DNA of 64,000 nucleotides from an uncultured bacterium. Its GTDB lineage: Bacteria > Fidelibacterota > UBA2242 > JAFGTP01. The translations under genes and the position numbers were made by a program. Below are positions 1 through 8,362 of the stretch, piece after piece. The notes beneath the pieces were generated by a model. The model was not told the DNA's origin. It ran no database searches and worked only from the letters and a program-made list of their open reading frames with translations. The stretch is from positions 6,744-70,743 of the forward strand of contig CAZXFH010000001.1 in assembly GCA_964640055.1 (NCBI GenBank), given 5' to 3'. Position 1 is the stretch's first letter, and each line of letters opens with the position of its first letter.

Positions 1-1057
1 GGCACCTGCTTCCAGCCGTGTGGCCACCATTGGTGGTGAAATCGCCAACAATGCCAGTGGTGTGCGTTCCATAAAATATGGTGCAGTCAGAGATTCCATC
101 CTCGGCATGAAAGTCGTCTTGGCCAACGGTGAATTAATTAATTGCGGAGCCAAAACACGGGTAGAGGCCAGTGGGTATCAGATCGACCGCCTGATGGTCG
201 GTTCTGAAGGCACATTGGGCATCATTGTTGAGGCCACTCTCAAATTTGTACCCATCCCAAAATATCGCTGTCTGGGGATTGCCAAATTCAATCAATTGGA
301 AGAGGCCGGAGATGCAATTAGTGAAATCATGTCCCAACAAATTGATTTATCTCTGCTGGAATTAATGGACAACGTAGCTATTACTGCAGTCAATAAGATT
401 CAGGACATGGGATTACCCGATGTGGAAGCTATCCTGCTTTTCGAAGCGGACGGCATGGCTCAGGCAGTTGTGGACCACTCCGTTGAGCAAGCCAAAAAGG
501 TTTGTGAAAACCATAATGGTTTTGGAATTGAGTTAAGCTATGATGCCAAAGAACGGACCCGGATTTTTGCCGGGCGCAAAAAGTTGTTTCCCTCCCTGTC
601 AAACTATAAGGAATTATATTCCTGTACTTCCCTGGCCGATGATATGGCTGTTCCCTACTCTAAAATGGCAGAAACAGCCCGAAAAATCCACGAAATTGCC
701 AAACGCAATAATGTTATCATGACGGCCTATGGACATTGCGGATCTGGCTGTATGCATACTAAAATTCTTATGGATCCCTATAAGGAAGCCCAATGGGAGG
801 ATGCCAAACAGGCGGTATTTGAAACCTATGAATATGTACGCTCCGTTGGAGGTACTACATCGGCCGAACACGGTATTGGTATTTCCAAAGCACCAGCCTT
901 CAAAAGGGAAAAATCCGATTCTCTGCGAATAATGCGGGCCTTGAAATTGGCCTTCGATCCCAATAATATCCTCAATCCCGGCAAATTAATGGATGCACCG
1001 GAAGACTGGGTTTCAGCTACCAGATTACGCTATCATGTCAAGCAAAAATTAAGTTAA
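1..1057 (+). CDS. FAD-linked oxidase, GlcD / D-2-hydroxyacid (D-lactate) dehydrogenase family; 5' end lies outside the window
   Basis: The frame is open from nt 2 (APASSRVATIGGEIANNASG...), a PCMH FAD-binding domain segment. The C-terminal ...TSAEHGIGISKAPAF matches the GlcD 'EHGIG' region. It sits tightly next to downstream Fe-S genes. Confidence 0.8.
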   Translation, partial: APASSRVATIGGEIANNASGVRSIKYGAVRDSILGMKVVLANGELINCGAKTRVEASGYQIDRLMVGSEGTLGIIVEATLKFVPIPKYRCLGIAKFNQLEEAGDAISEIMSQQIDLSLLELMDNVAITAVNKIQDMGLPDVEAILLFEADGMAQAVVDHSVEQAKKVCENHNGFGIELSYDAKERTRIFAGRKKLFPSLSNYKELYSCTSLADDMAVPYSKMAETARKIHEIAKRNNVIMTAYGHCGSGCMHTKILMDPYKEAQWEDAKQAVFETYEYVRSVGGTTSAEHGIGISKAPAFKREKSDSLRIMRALKLAFDPNNILNPGKLMDAPEDWVSATRLRYHVKQKLS

Positions 1058-1075
1058 TTATCCTGGAGAGCTAAT

Positions 1076-1636
1076 ATGGAATTTAAGCGGTTACAAAAAT
1101 GGGAAGACAAATTAAACGTATGTATCCGGTGCGGATACTGTTTTGAGCATTGTCATCTTTTTAAAACATCCCGCTGGGAAATCGACACTCCTCGTGCTAA
1201 ATTAATCCTTCTCTATGGAATATTACATGGCGAGGTCTTACCAACCGAATATTTGGCCAACAAAATCTTTGAATGTTTCTATTGCAAGCGATGTGATGAC
1301 AATTGTTCCGCCGGTGTCCCGGTTACCGAAATAATTACAGATGCCCGCGCAGATTTGATCGATGCGGGGTTTGACGTTTACGGGACCGTTTCCAAAACAG
1401 ATGATGACCGCTGTGTGCGATGCGGTATTTGTGTCTCGGTTTGCACCAAACAGGAAGCCCGTTCGATCGATTGGGAAAATAAAAAGATGTTGATCGACAG
1501 AACCAAATGCCAGAGTTGTGGCTGCTGTGAAGCCGCCTGCCCCACCGGGGCCGCATATATAGTAAAGGGTTGGGGAGTCAGTGAAGCGGAATTGAAAGAA
1601 AATGTACGTAATTTTCTGCAAGGAGCAAGCCAATGA
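1076..1636 (+). CDS. polyferredoxin-like protein with four CxxCxxCxxxC(P) [4Fe-4S] motifs
   Basis: Motifs CIRCGYCFEHC, CFYCKRCDDNC, CVRCGICVSVC and CQSCGCCEAACP. No CCG (HdrD/GlcF) domains. GGAGA Shine-Dalgarno. Overlaps the next gene by 4 nt. Confidence 0.7.
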   Translation: MEFKRLQKWEDKLNVCIRCGYCFEHCHLFKTSRWEIDTPRAKLILLYGILHGEVLPTEYLANKIFECFYCKRCDDNCSAGVPVTEIITDARADLIDAGFDVYGTVSKTDDDRCVRCGICVSVCTKQEARSIDWENKKMLIDRTKCQSCGCCEAACPTGAAYIVKGWGVSEAELKENVRNFLQGASQ

Positions 1637-2034
1637 ATGATAGCAGGACAATTGTGTTTTGTTGTAACTGGTCCTCTTATCCCGGATTACAAATGTCTAA
1701 ATATTCCGGATCAGGACCGGAGAAAAACCACCATGTTATTGTAAATATGTGTTCCGGAAGAATCTCACCGGAAATAATTATGGACGCTTTCCGCAATCAG
1801 GCGGCCGGAGTGTTAATTGCCAGCTGCCCCCTTGAAGAATGTGAACATGATGCTAACTATAAAACCCGCCGCCGCATCATGTTGTTAAAACGAATGTTAA
1901 ATCAATTTGGCATAGAACCTGAACGTATTCAGTTGGAATGGATTGATAAAGGGGAATCTCAAAAATTACAATCAGTTATCGAAGATTTTACATCTGAAAT
2001 CGATCATTTAGGACCGATTGAAACATATCAGTAA
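1633..2034 (+). CDS. mvhD: MvhD-like hydrogenase delta subunit ([2Fe-2S], methyl-viologen-reducing hydrogenase delta family)
   Basis: FCCNWSSYPG...VNMCSGRISP...GVLIASCPLEECEH matches the MvhD/FlpD signature. AGGAG Shine-Dalgarno. Confidence 0.7.
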   Translation: MNDSRTIVFCCNWSSYPGLQMSKYSGSGPEKNHHVIVNMCSGRISPEIIMDAFRNQAAGVLIASCPLEECEHDANYKTRRRIMLLKRMLNQFGIEPERIQLEWIDKGESQKLQSVIEDFTSEIDHLGPIETYQ

Positions 2035-2087
2035 TTCACTGATGTTTATTTTAATTTATAATTTTTCCTAATTAACTAGGAGGAAAA

Positions 2088-3011
2088 ATGAAAAAAGTAT
2101 CAATCATTGGTAGCGGTAATGTGGGTACAGCCACTGCCTTTTATTTAGCGGAAAAAAATGTTGCTAATATCCAGCTGATTGATATCATTGAGGGGAAAGC
2201 GGAAGGTAGCGCTCTAGATCTGGCCGAAGGTTCCCCCATACGTGGATATGATGTACTTATCAAAGGCGCTTCGGATTTTAAAGCGATAGCAGGCTCACAA
2301 GTAGTTGTTATTACCGCTGGTAAAGTCAGAAAACCAAACACTATCCGTCTCGAGCTACTAGAAGAGAACCGGAAAATTCTGGATGATATTGTCGAAAAGA
2401 TCAAGAAATACGCGCCGGAAGCAGTCGTATTGGTAGTAACTGAACCTGTCTGCACCCTAACCTATTATACCAAAGAGAAAAGTGGTTTTGATCGGTTTAA
2501 AATAATCGGAGTTGCCGGAAAACTGGATACATCCCGGGTTTGTGAATATGTGGCCAAAGCTCTGAATGTTACGCCGGTTGAAGTCTCTGCCCTGGTATTG
2601 GGCGGACATAATGAATACATGGTTATTCCGACGGAGTATATTCGGACCGGCGGTATTCCCGCAGAAGTACTCTTAGGCCGGGAAAAGATAGATGAAATTA
2701 TTACCCAAACCCGCGAAGCCGGCTCTAGGATTCTCTCTTTATTAAAAAAACAAACTTCACAATACTCACCGGCCGCTTCGATAGCAGAAACCGTTGAAGC
2801 CATTATAAGTGATACCAACGCAATTATGTGTGCCTCTGTGTGTCTGGAAGGTGAATATGGCTACAAGAATGTCTGTTTGGGTGTGCCCATCCAGATTGGC
2901 AAATCCGGTGTAAAGAAAATTATTGAGTTGGATCTATCACTTGAAGTCAAAGAAAAGTTGGATCTATCAGAGGAAACCGTGAAAAAAGCCATTGATTCAC
3001 TGGGGATATAG
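2088..3011 (+). CDS. mdh: LDH/MDH-superfamily NAD-dependent dehydrogenase, paralog 1 (Arg at the Q102/R102 specificity position, so malate-dehydrogenase-like)
   Basis: N-terminal Rossmann motif IIGSGNVGTA. Also ITAGKVRKP, LDTSR and catalytic GGHNEY. It has an unusual TEPVC in place of the TNPVD motif. Strong AGGAGG Shine-Dalgarno. Confidence 0.8.
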   Translation: MKKVSIIGSGNVGTATAFYLAEKNVANIQLIDIIEGKAEGSALDLAEGSPIRGYDVLIKGASDFKAIAGSQVVVITAGKVRKPNTIRLELLEENRKILDDIVEKIKKYAPEAVVLVVTEPVCTLTYYTKEKSGFDRFKIIGVAGKLDTSRVCEYVAKALNVTPVEVSALVLGGHNEYMVIPTEYIRTGGIPAEVLLGREKIDEIITQTREAGSRILSLLKKQTSQYSPAASIAETVEAIISDTNAIMCASVCLEGEYGYKNVCLGVPIQIGKSGVKKIIELDLSLEVKEKLDLSEETVKKAIDSLGI

Positions 3012-3020
3012 GAGGTTCAT

Positions 3021-3953
3021 ATGAAAGTAAGTATTATTGGCAGCGGTAAAGTAGGAATTTCCGCAGCGTTATATCTGGCTGAAAAAAAGGTGGCTGATTT
3101 GGTCCTTATCGATGTTGTACCCGGTTGGGCCGCAGGCAATGCTTTGGATATCGTACACTCTGCTCCGATCAGAAGATATGATATATATATTCACGGATAT
3201 GAAGACGTTTCAAAAATAACGGGATCCGATGTAGTCGTCATCACGGCCGGAAAACCCAGACTACCGGGGATGTCGCGGGAAGACTTGCTTTATGACAATA
3301 CAAAAATAATGAGTTCGATTGCGGCTGATGTTGCTAAATATGCACCCAATGCCGTTATTATTACAGTTACCAATCCATTGGATATTTTAGCCTATGTAGC
3401 CTTAAAAGTCTCTGGCTTTGCTCTTAAAAGAGTAATCGGTATGGCCGGTGTTCTCGATTCAACCCGCTTCCGTTATTTTATCGCCAGTGAACTGAAAGTA
3501 AGTCCTAAAAATGTTACAGCCTTGGTTCTGGGCGGTCATGGTGATCTAATGGTCCCCCTGCCCCGCTATTCTTCTGTCCACGGAATCCCTGTCACTGAAT
3601 TATTGTCCAAGTCAAAAATTGATAAATTGGTGGAAAGGACCCGAAAGGCCGGGGGCGAGATCGTCTCCTACCTTAAAACTGGCAGTGCCTATTGGTCGCC
3701 GGGGTGTTCCGTGGCTGAAATGGTCGAATGTATCGTACGTCACCGGCAGCGTATCATTCCTTGTTCAGCCTACTTAAGAGGAGAATATGATATTGATGGT
3801 CTATTCGCCGGTGTTCCGATAAAAATCGGTCGTAACGGTGTGGAAGAAATAATAGAATTGCCTTTGAATACCGGAGAAAAAAAGGCTTTGCATCTTTCTG
3901 CAGAAAAAGTGCGTAGCGTAATCGAGAAACTGGAAAATGAAAAACTGATTTAA
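3021..3953 (+). CDS. mdh: LDH/MDH-superfamily NAD-dependent dehydrogenase, paralog 2 (malate-dehydrogenase-like)
   Basis: IIGSGKVGIS, ITAGKPRLPGMSRED, TNPLDIL, LDSTR and GGHGD. AGGAGG Shine-Dalgarno. Confidence 0.8.
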   Translation: MKVSIIGSGKVGISAALYLAEKKVADLVLIDVVPGWAAGNALDIVHSAPIRRYDIYIHGYEDVSKITGSDVVVITAGKPRLPGMSREDLLYDNTKIMSSIAADVAKYAPNAVIITVTNPLDILAYVALKVSGFALKRVIGMAGVLDSTRFRYFIASELKVSPKNVTALVLGGHGDLMVPLPRYSSVHGIPVTELLSKSKIDKLVERTRKAGGEIVSYLKTGSAYWSPGCSVAEMVECIVRHRQRIIPCSAYLRGEYDIDGLFAGVPIKIGRNGVEEIIELPLNTGEKKALHLSAEKVRSVIEKLENEKLI

Positions 3954-5290
3954 TGCCAATTAAGATTCCGTTCTGGGGAGAAAAAATCAGTATTAATCTT
4001 CCCCAAAAAAATATAGGTGAAATAGTATATCCTAACCGGGTTGATTCGGAACCGGAAAGACAGGTAGTACTGGAATCACTCAAGAATCCGGTTGGCGCTC
4101 CGACTTTAGACAAATTTATCAAGGGAGAAGACCGGATATTATTCATCGTGAATGACGCCACCCGCCCCACGCCCACTGCCAGAATACTGGACCTTCTCTG
4201 GGATAAATTAAAGCATAAAAACATAAAATTTTTAATTGCTACGGGCATGCACCGGGAACCAACCCCGGATGAATACAGGGAAATCTTCGGTGAACGTTAT
4301 CCAATTTTAAAAAATCAGGTTTATTCCCATAACGCTCATGATGATGATCAGAATATTCACCTTGGGAAAACTGATCAGGGATCAGAACTATACTTTAACA
4401 AGCTCGTGGTAGAGACAAAAAAAATAATCTACCTGACTTCAGTTGAACCACATTATTTTGCCGGTTATACTGGTGGCGCAAAATCATTTTTACCGGGCGT
4501 GGCGGGCTATAGAACCATTACTCATAATCATGAATTGGCGCTAAAATTTTCAGCCCGGGCTCTGGAAGTCGAAAATAATCCCGTACGTAAAGATATTGCA
4601 GAAGCTTTCGTCCTTGTCTCCCAAAATAAACAAATCTTTGGTATCCAAACCGTTTTAGATAAAGATCATCGCGTTTATTACTGTGCCTGCGGGGATACCC
4701 ACAAATCTTTTGAGCTGGCTTGTGAAAAAGCCAAAGATGTCTTTTCAGTGGAAATTAAAGATAAAACTGACATAGTAGTAGCGGTTGCCCCCTATCCCAT
4801 GGATATTGATCTCTATCAATCCCAGAAAGCAATTGATAACGCCAAATTGGCCCTTAATGAAAACGGTATTCTCATTCTGGTTTCCAGTTGTCGAAAAGGG
4901 GTGGGTGACGATACTTTTGTAAAGCTGCTCAGTCAATCCAGTAATCCTGATGAAGCACTTAAAAAAATCTCTAAAGGCTATCAATTCGGTTTCCATAAAG
5001 CCTCAAAAATGGCAGAAATTATGAAATGGGCCTCAATATGGGCCTTCACCCGTTTGAATCACAATGTCCTGCAGAATATGTTCATTCAAAAATACACTTC
5101 CCTGCAAGATGCCATCGATGAGGCTCTCCAAAATAAGGGGGATGAAAGAATTCTTTTTCTGATGGATGCCAGTCTGACAGTTCCCAGAGTTGCTGACCGT
5201 CTCTTGCATAAACGCCGCTTTATACACGGACCGATGGAGAGTGAGTATGACTATAGAGATGTAACCTTGGACAATTTTTTTGCAGATTAA
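3953..5290 (+). CDS. larA: LarA-family nickel-pincer-nucleotide-dependent 2-hydroxyacid racemase/epimerase (lactate racemase-like)
   Basis: Motifs NDATRPTPT, ATGMHR, EPHYFAGYTGGAKS (the NPN-tethering Lys), HNH and YQSQKA match LarA signatures. The start overlaps the mdh stop (taATG). Confidence 0.75.
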   Translation: MPIKIPFWGEKISINLPQKNIGEIVYPNRVDSEPERQVVLESLKNPVGAPTLDKFIKGEDRILFIVNDATRPTPTARILDLLWDKLKHKNIKFLIATGMHREPTPDEYREIFGERYPILKNQVYSHNAHDDDQNIHLGKTDQGSELYFNKLVVETKKIIYLTSVEPHYFAGYTGGAKSFLPGVAGYRTITHNHELALKFSARALEVENNPVRKDIAEAFVLVSQNKQIFGIQTVLDKDHRVYYCACGDTHKSFELACEKAKDVFSVEIKDKTDIVVAVAPYPMDIDLYQSQKAIDNAKLALNENGILILVSSCRKGVGDDTFVKLLSQSSNPDEALKKISKGYQFGFHKASKMAEIMKWASIWAFTRLNHNVLQNMFIQKYTSLQDAIDEALQNKGDERILFLMDASLTVPRVADRLLHKRRFIHGPMESEYDYRDVTLDNFFAD

Positions 5291-5353
5291 ATCACAGGAT
5301 AAAAGCCGCATTTATGTTAAAAAGTAAAAATGTTTATAATAATGGAGGAATAA

Positions 5354-6355
5354 ATGGCAAAACCTAAAGTAGCATTCTACTGGTGCGCTTCTTGTGGCGG
5401 GTGTGAAGAAGCCATTGTCGATTTGAATGAAGATTTGGTTAAAGTGGCGGAGCTAGTGGAAATCGCCTTTTGGCCCTGCGCCATGGATTTTAAATACGAA
5501 GATGTTCGTAAAATGAAGACCGATGAACTGGCAGTGGCTTTTATTAATGGGGCGATTCGTACCGATGAACAGGAGGAGATGGCAAACCTCTTGCGGGAAA
5601 AAGCCCAGTTAGTGGTCTCGTTCGGGGCCTGTTCCCACATGGGCGGTATTCCTGGCTTGGGGAATTTCTGGGATCGGGAGACTATTTTTGAGTCCTCATA
5701 CGGAAAGAAGTGTCCCTCCATTGATAATCCAGACGGAATTGTGCCCCAAACCAACAGCAAGGTAAAAGAAGGTGAATTAACCCTCCCCAGCTTTCATAAT
5801 ACAGTGAAAAGTCTGGATCAAGTCGTGGATGTGGATTATTATCTACCTGGCTGTGCACCGGCTCCCTATTTAACCCTGAACGCTGTTAACGCCATTTTAG
5901 AAGGTAATCTGCCCGAAAAAGGCACGGTATTGGCTCCTGAAAAATCACTATGCGATACCTGCTCGCGCAATGAGACTAAACCCGAAAAGCTATCCATTAA
6001 GGAAATTAAAAGAATATCCCTGGCTGAAATAGACCAGGAAAAATGCTTTTTAGCCGAAGGTGTGATATGCCTTGGCCCGGCAACCCGTGCCGGATGCAGC
6101 GAGGAAGGGGACGGCCGCTGTATTGCCGCTAATATGCCCTGCCGGGGATGTTATGGTCCGCCGCCGGGGGTCGTGGATATGGGCGCTAAAATGGTATCAG
6201 CGCTTGCTTCTATCATTGGATTGGAAAATGAAGAGGAGATGGAAGAAGCAGAAGTGGCCAAATTAATAGATCAGGTCGTTGATCCGGCGGGTACTTTTTA
6301 CCGCTTCTCACTACCTGTTTCTCTGCTAAGAAGAAAAAGAATGGTAAAATCCTAA
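5354..6355 (+). CDS. mvhG: [NiFe]-hydrogenase small subunit, group 3 (MvhG-like)
   Basis: N-terminal YWCASCGGCEE proximal-cluster motif. Multiple C-terminal Cys motifs (CDTC, CLGPATRAGC, CRGC). GGAGG Shine-Dalgarno. Confidence 0.75.
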   Translation: MAKPKVAFYWCASCGGCEEAIVDLNEDLVKVAELVEIAFWPCAMDFKYEDVRKMKTDELAVAFINGAIRTDEQEEMANLLREKAQLVVSFGACSHMGGIPGLGNFWDRETIFESSYGKKCPSIDNPDGIVPQTNSKVKEGELTLPSFHNTVKSLDQVVDVDYYLPGCAPAPYLTLNAVNAILEGNLPEKGTVLAPEKSLCDTCSRNETKPEKLSIKEIKRISLAEIDQEKCFLAEGVICLGPATRAGCSEEGDGRCIAANMPCRGCYGPPPGVVDMGAKMVSALASIIGLENEEEMEEAEVAKLIDQVVDPAGTFYRFSLPVSLLRRKRMVKS

Positions 6356-6371
6356 AGGAGGATGACAATCC

Positions 6372-7835
6372 ATGACTAAAAAAATATCGATAGATCCAAT
6401 TACGAGACTTGAAGGCCATGGGAAAATCGAGATTTTCCTCGATGATAGTGGCAATGTAGATAATGCTTATTTGCAGGTACCGGAATTAAAAGGATTTGAA
6501 CAATTCTGTGTAGACCGGCCGGTTGAAGAATTACCACGTATTACCCCCCGGATTTGTGGTGTATGCCCTACCGCCCATCATATGGCTTCCACACGTACTT
6601 TAGATGCAGTGTATCATGTCAAACCTACGGAAACCGCTGAAAAAATCAGACGGCTGATTTATAACTCTTTTATGATGGAAGACCACCTGCTCCACTTCTT
6701 CTTTCTGGGGGGTCCGGATTTTGTAGTAGGACCTGACGCATCCCCGGGAGAGCGGAATATATTAGGTGTCATTGGCAAAGTAGGTCTGGAGATCGGTAAA
6801 AAAGTAATTAATGCCAGAAAAAACCTGCGTAATATTATCACTACCCTGGGTGGCCGTATTATCCATCCGGTTTGTGGATTACCTGGCGGTGTGTCACGGG
6901 GAGTAACCAAGGAAGAACGTGAAGATTTCCTGAAGGTTGCCAAAGATTCCGTTGAATTCGCCAAATTTTCACTAAAAATTTTCAATGATGTTGTCCTCGA
7001 AAATAAGACTTACCTTGATTTAATTGTGGGTGATATTTATAAACATGAAACCTACTATATGGGACTTGTGGATAAGAATAACAAGGTCAATTTTTATGAT
7101 GGCAAAATCCGCGTTGTGGATCCTGCAGGAAAAGAATACGCGAAATTTGCAGTAAAAGACTACCTTGACCACATAGCCGAACATGTGGAGCCCTGGAGTT
7201 ATATCAAATTTCCTTTCCTGAAGAAAATCGGTTGGAAAGGCTTTGAAGATGGACCGGAAAGCAGCATCTACCGGGTTGCTCCCCTAGCCCGCTTAAATGC
7301 CGCCAGTGGTATGGCCACGCCCCTTGCTCAGGAAGAGTATGAGCGGATGTTTGACACCTTGGGTGGTAAGCCCTCTCATTTTACACTGGCTTTTCACTGG
7401 GCGCGTTTAGTGGAAGTCATGTTTTGCGCTGAGCGTCTTGTTCAGTTACTCAAGGATGAGTCTATCACAGATCCTGATATCCGAAATATTCCCACAGAAA
7501 CACCCGATGAGGGGGTTGGTGTGGTGGAAGCACCTCGCGGCACTTTGATTCACCATTATCAAACTGATAAAGACGGCATTGTAACCGCTGCAAATCTAAT
7601 TGTTGCCACCGTGGCTAATTCAGCAGCCATCTCCATGTCAATTGCCAAAGCAGCCAAAAATCTGATCAAAAACGGAAAGGTTGATGACGGCATACTTAAT
7701 ATGGTAGAAATGGCCTTTCGTCCCTATGATCCCTGTCTGGCTTGTGCCACCCACTCACTACCCGGGAAAATGCCCATTATGCTTAATCTCTATGATTCTA
7801 AGGGAAATAAACTCGAAAGTATAAAAAGAGATTAA
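6372..7835 (+). CDS. mvhA: [NiFe]-hydrogenase large subunit, group 3 (MvhA-like)
   Basis: L1 motif RICGVCPTAHH and L2 motif DPCLACATH. A roughly 25-aa C-terminal extension follows the His, as expected for maturation-protease cleavage. Confidence 0.85.
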   Translation: MTKKISIDPITRLEGHGKIEIFLDDSGNVDNAYLQVPELKGFEQFCVDRPVEELPRITPRICGVCPTAHHMASTRTLDAVYHVKPTETAEKIRRLIYNSFMMEDHLLHFFFLGGPDFVVGPDASPGERNILGVIGKVGLEIGKKVINARKNLRNIITTLGGRIIHPVCGLPGGVSRGVTKEEREDFLKVAKDSVEFAKFSLKIFNDVVLENKTYLDLIVGDIYKHETYYMGLVDKNNKVNFYDGKIRVVDPAGKEYAKFAVKDYLDHIAEHVEPWSYIKFPFLKKIGWKGFEDGPESSIYRVAPLARLNAASGMATPLAQEEYERMFDTLGGKPSHFTLAFHWARLVEVMFCAERLVQLLKDESITDPDIRNIPTETPDEGVGVVEAPRGTLIHHYQTDKDGIVTAANLIVATVANSAAISMSIAKAAKNLIKNGKVDDGILNMVEMAFRPYDPCLACATHSLPGKMPIMLNLYDSKGNKLESIKRD

Positions 7836-7851
7836 TCAAAATAGAGTATCA

Positions 7852-8304
7852 ATGAAAACTCTTATCCTCGGTCTCGGTAATCCCATTCTCACCGACGACA
7901 GTGTAGGCATTCGTATTGCTCAAGAGATCAGAGCACAATGCTCTCAGCTTGATGTCACAGAAGCCAGTGCGGCTGGTTTTCGCGTAATCGATGAAATTAT
8001 CGGTTATGACAAATTACTGATTATTGATTCTATTAAAACGGGTAAAGCTGCACCCGGTACTTTATTTAAATTTAATACCGAGGATTTTAAAAATACGCTC
8101 CATTTTTCTTCTCCTCACGATATTTCCTTTTTTGATGCCATGGAAATTATGCGGGCAGAACAGGAGAAGTTACCGTCTCAAATTGCCATCTATGCTATTG
8201 AAGTACAAAACACAACCACTTTTTCGGAACAATGTACCAAGCCCGTTGAAGCTGTGATTCCGCAGGTTGCCAGACAAATAATCAGAGAGCAATCACTGGC
8301 TTAA
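7852..8304 (+). CDS. hydrogenase maturation endopeptidase (HycI/HoxW/FrhD family)
   Basis: LILGLGNPILTDDSVGIRIA matches the N-terminal family signature. About 150 aa, immediately after the large subunit. Confidence 0.75.
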   Translation: MKTLILGLGNPILTDDSVGIRIAQEIRAQCSQLDVTEASAAGFRVIDEIIGYDKLLIIDSIKTGKAAPGTLFKFNTEDFKNTLHFSSPHDISFFDAMEIMRAEQEKLPSQIAIYAIEVQNTTTFSEQCTKPVEAVIPQVARQIIREQSLA

Positions 8305-8362
8305 TCCAATTGATATGGAACAGAATAAATATAATCACCTTTAAAATATAGCAAAGGAGAAA

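Noticed and set aside
1076-1636. Calling the Fe-S protein GlcF/HdrD (heterodisulfide-reductase-like).
   Set aside because: It has four ferredoxin-type CxxCxxCxxxC motifs but no CCG (CX31-39CCX35-36CXXC) domains, so I kept the neutral polyferredoxin call.
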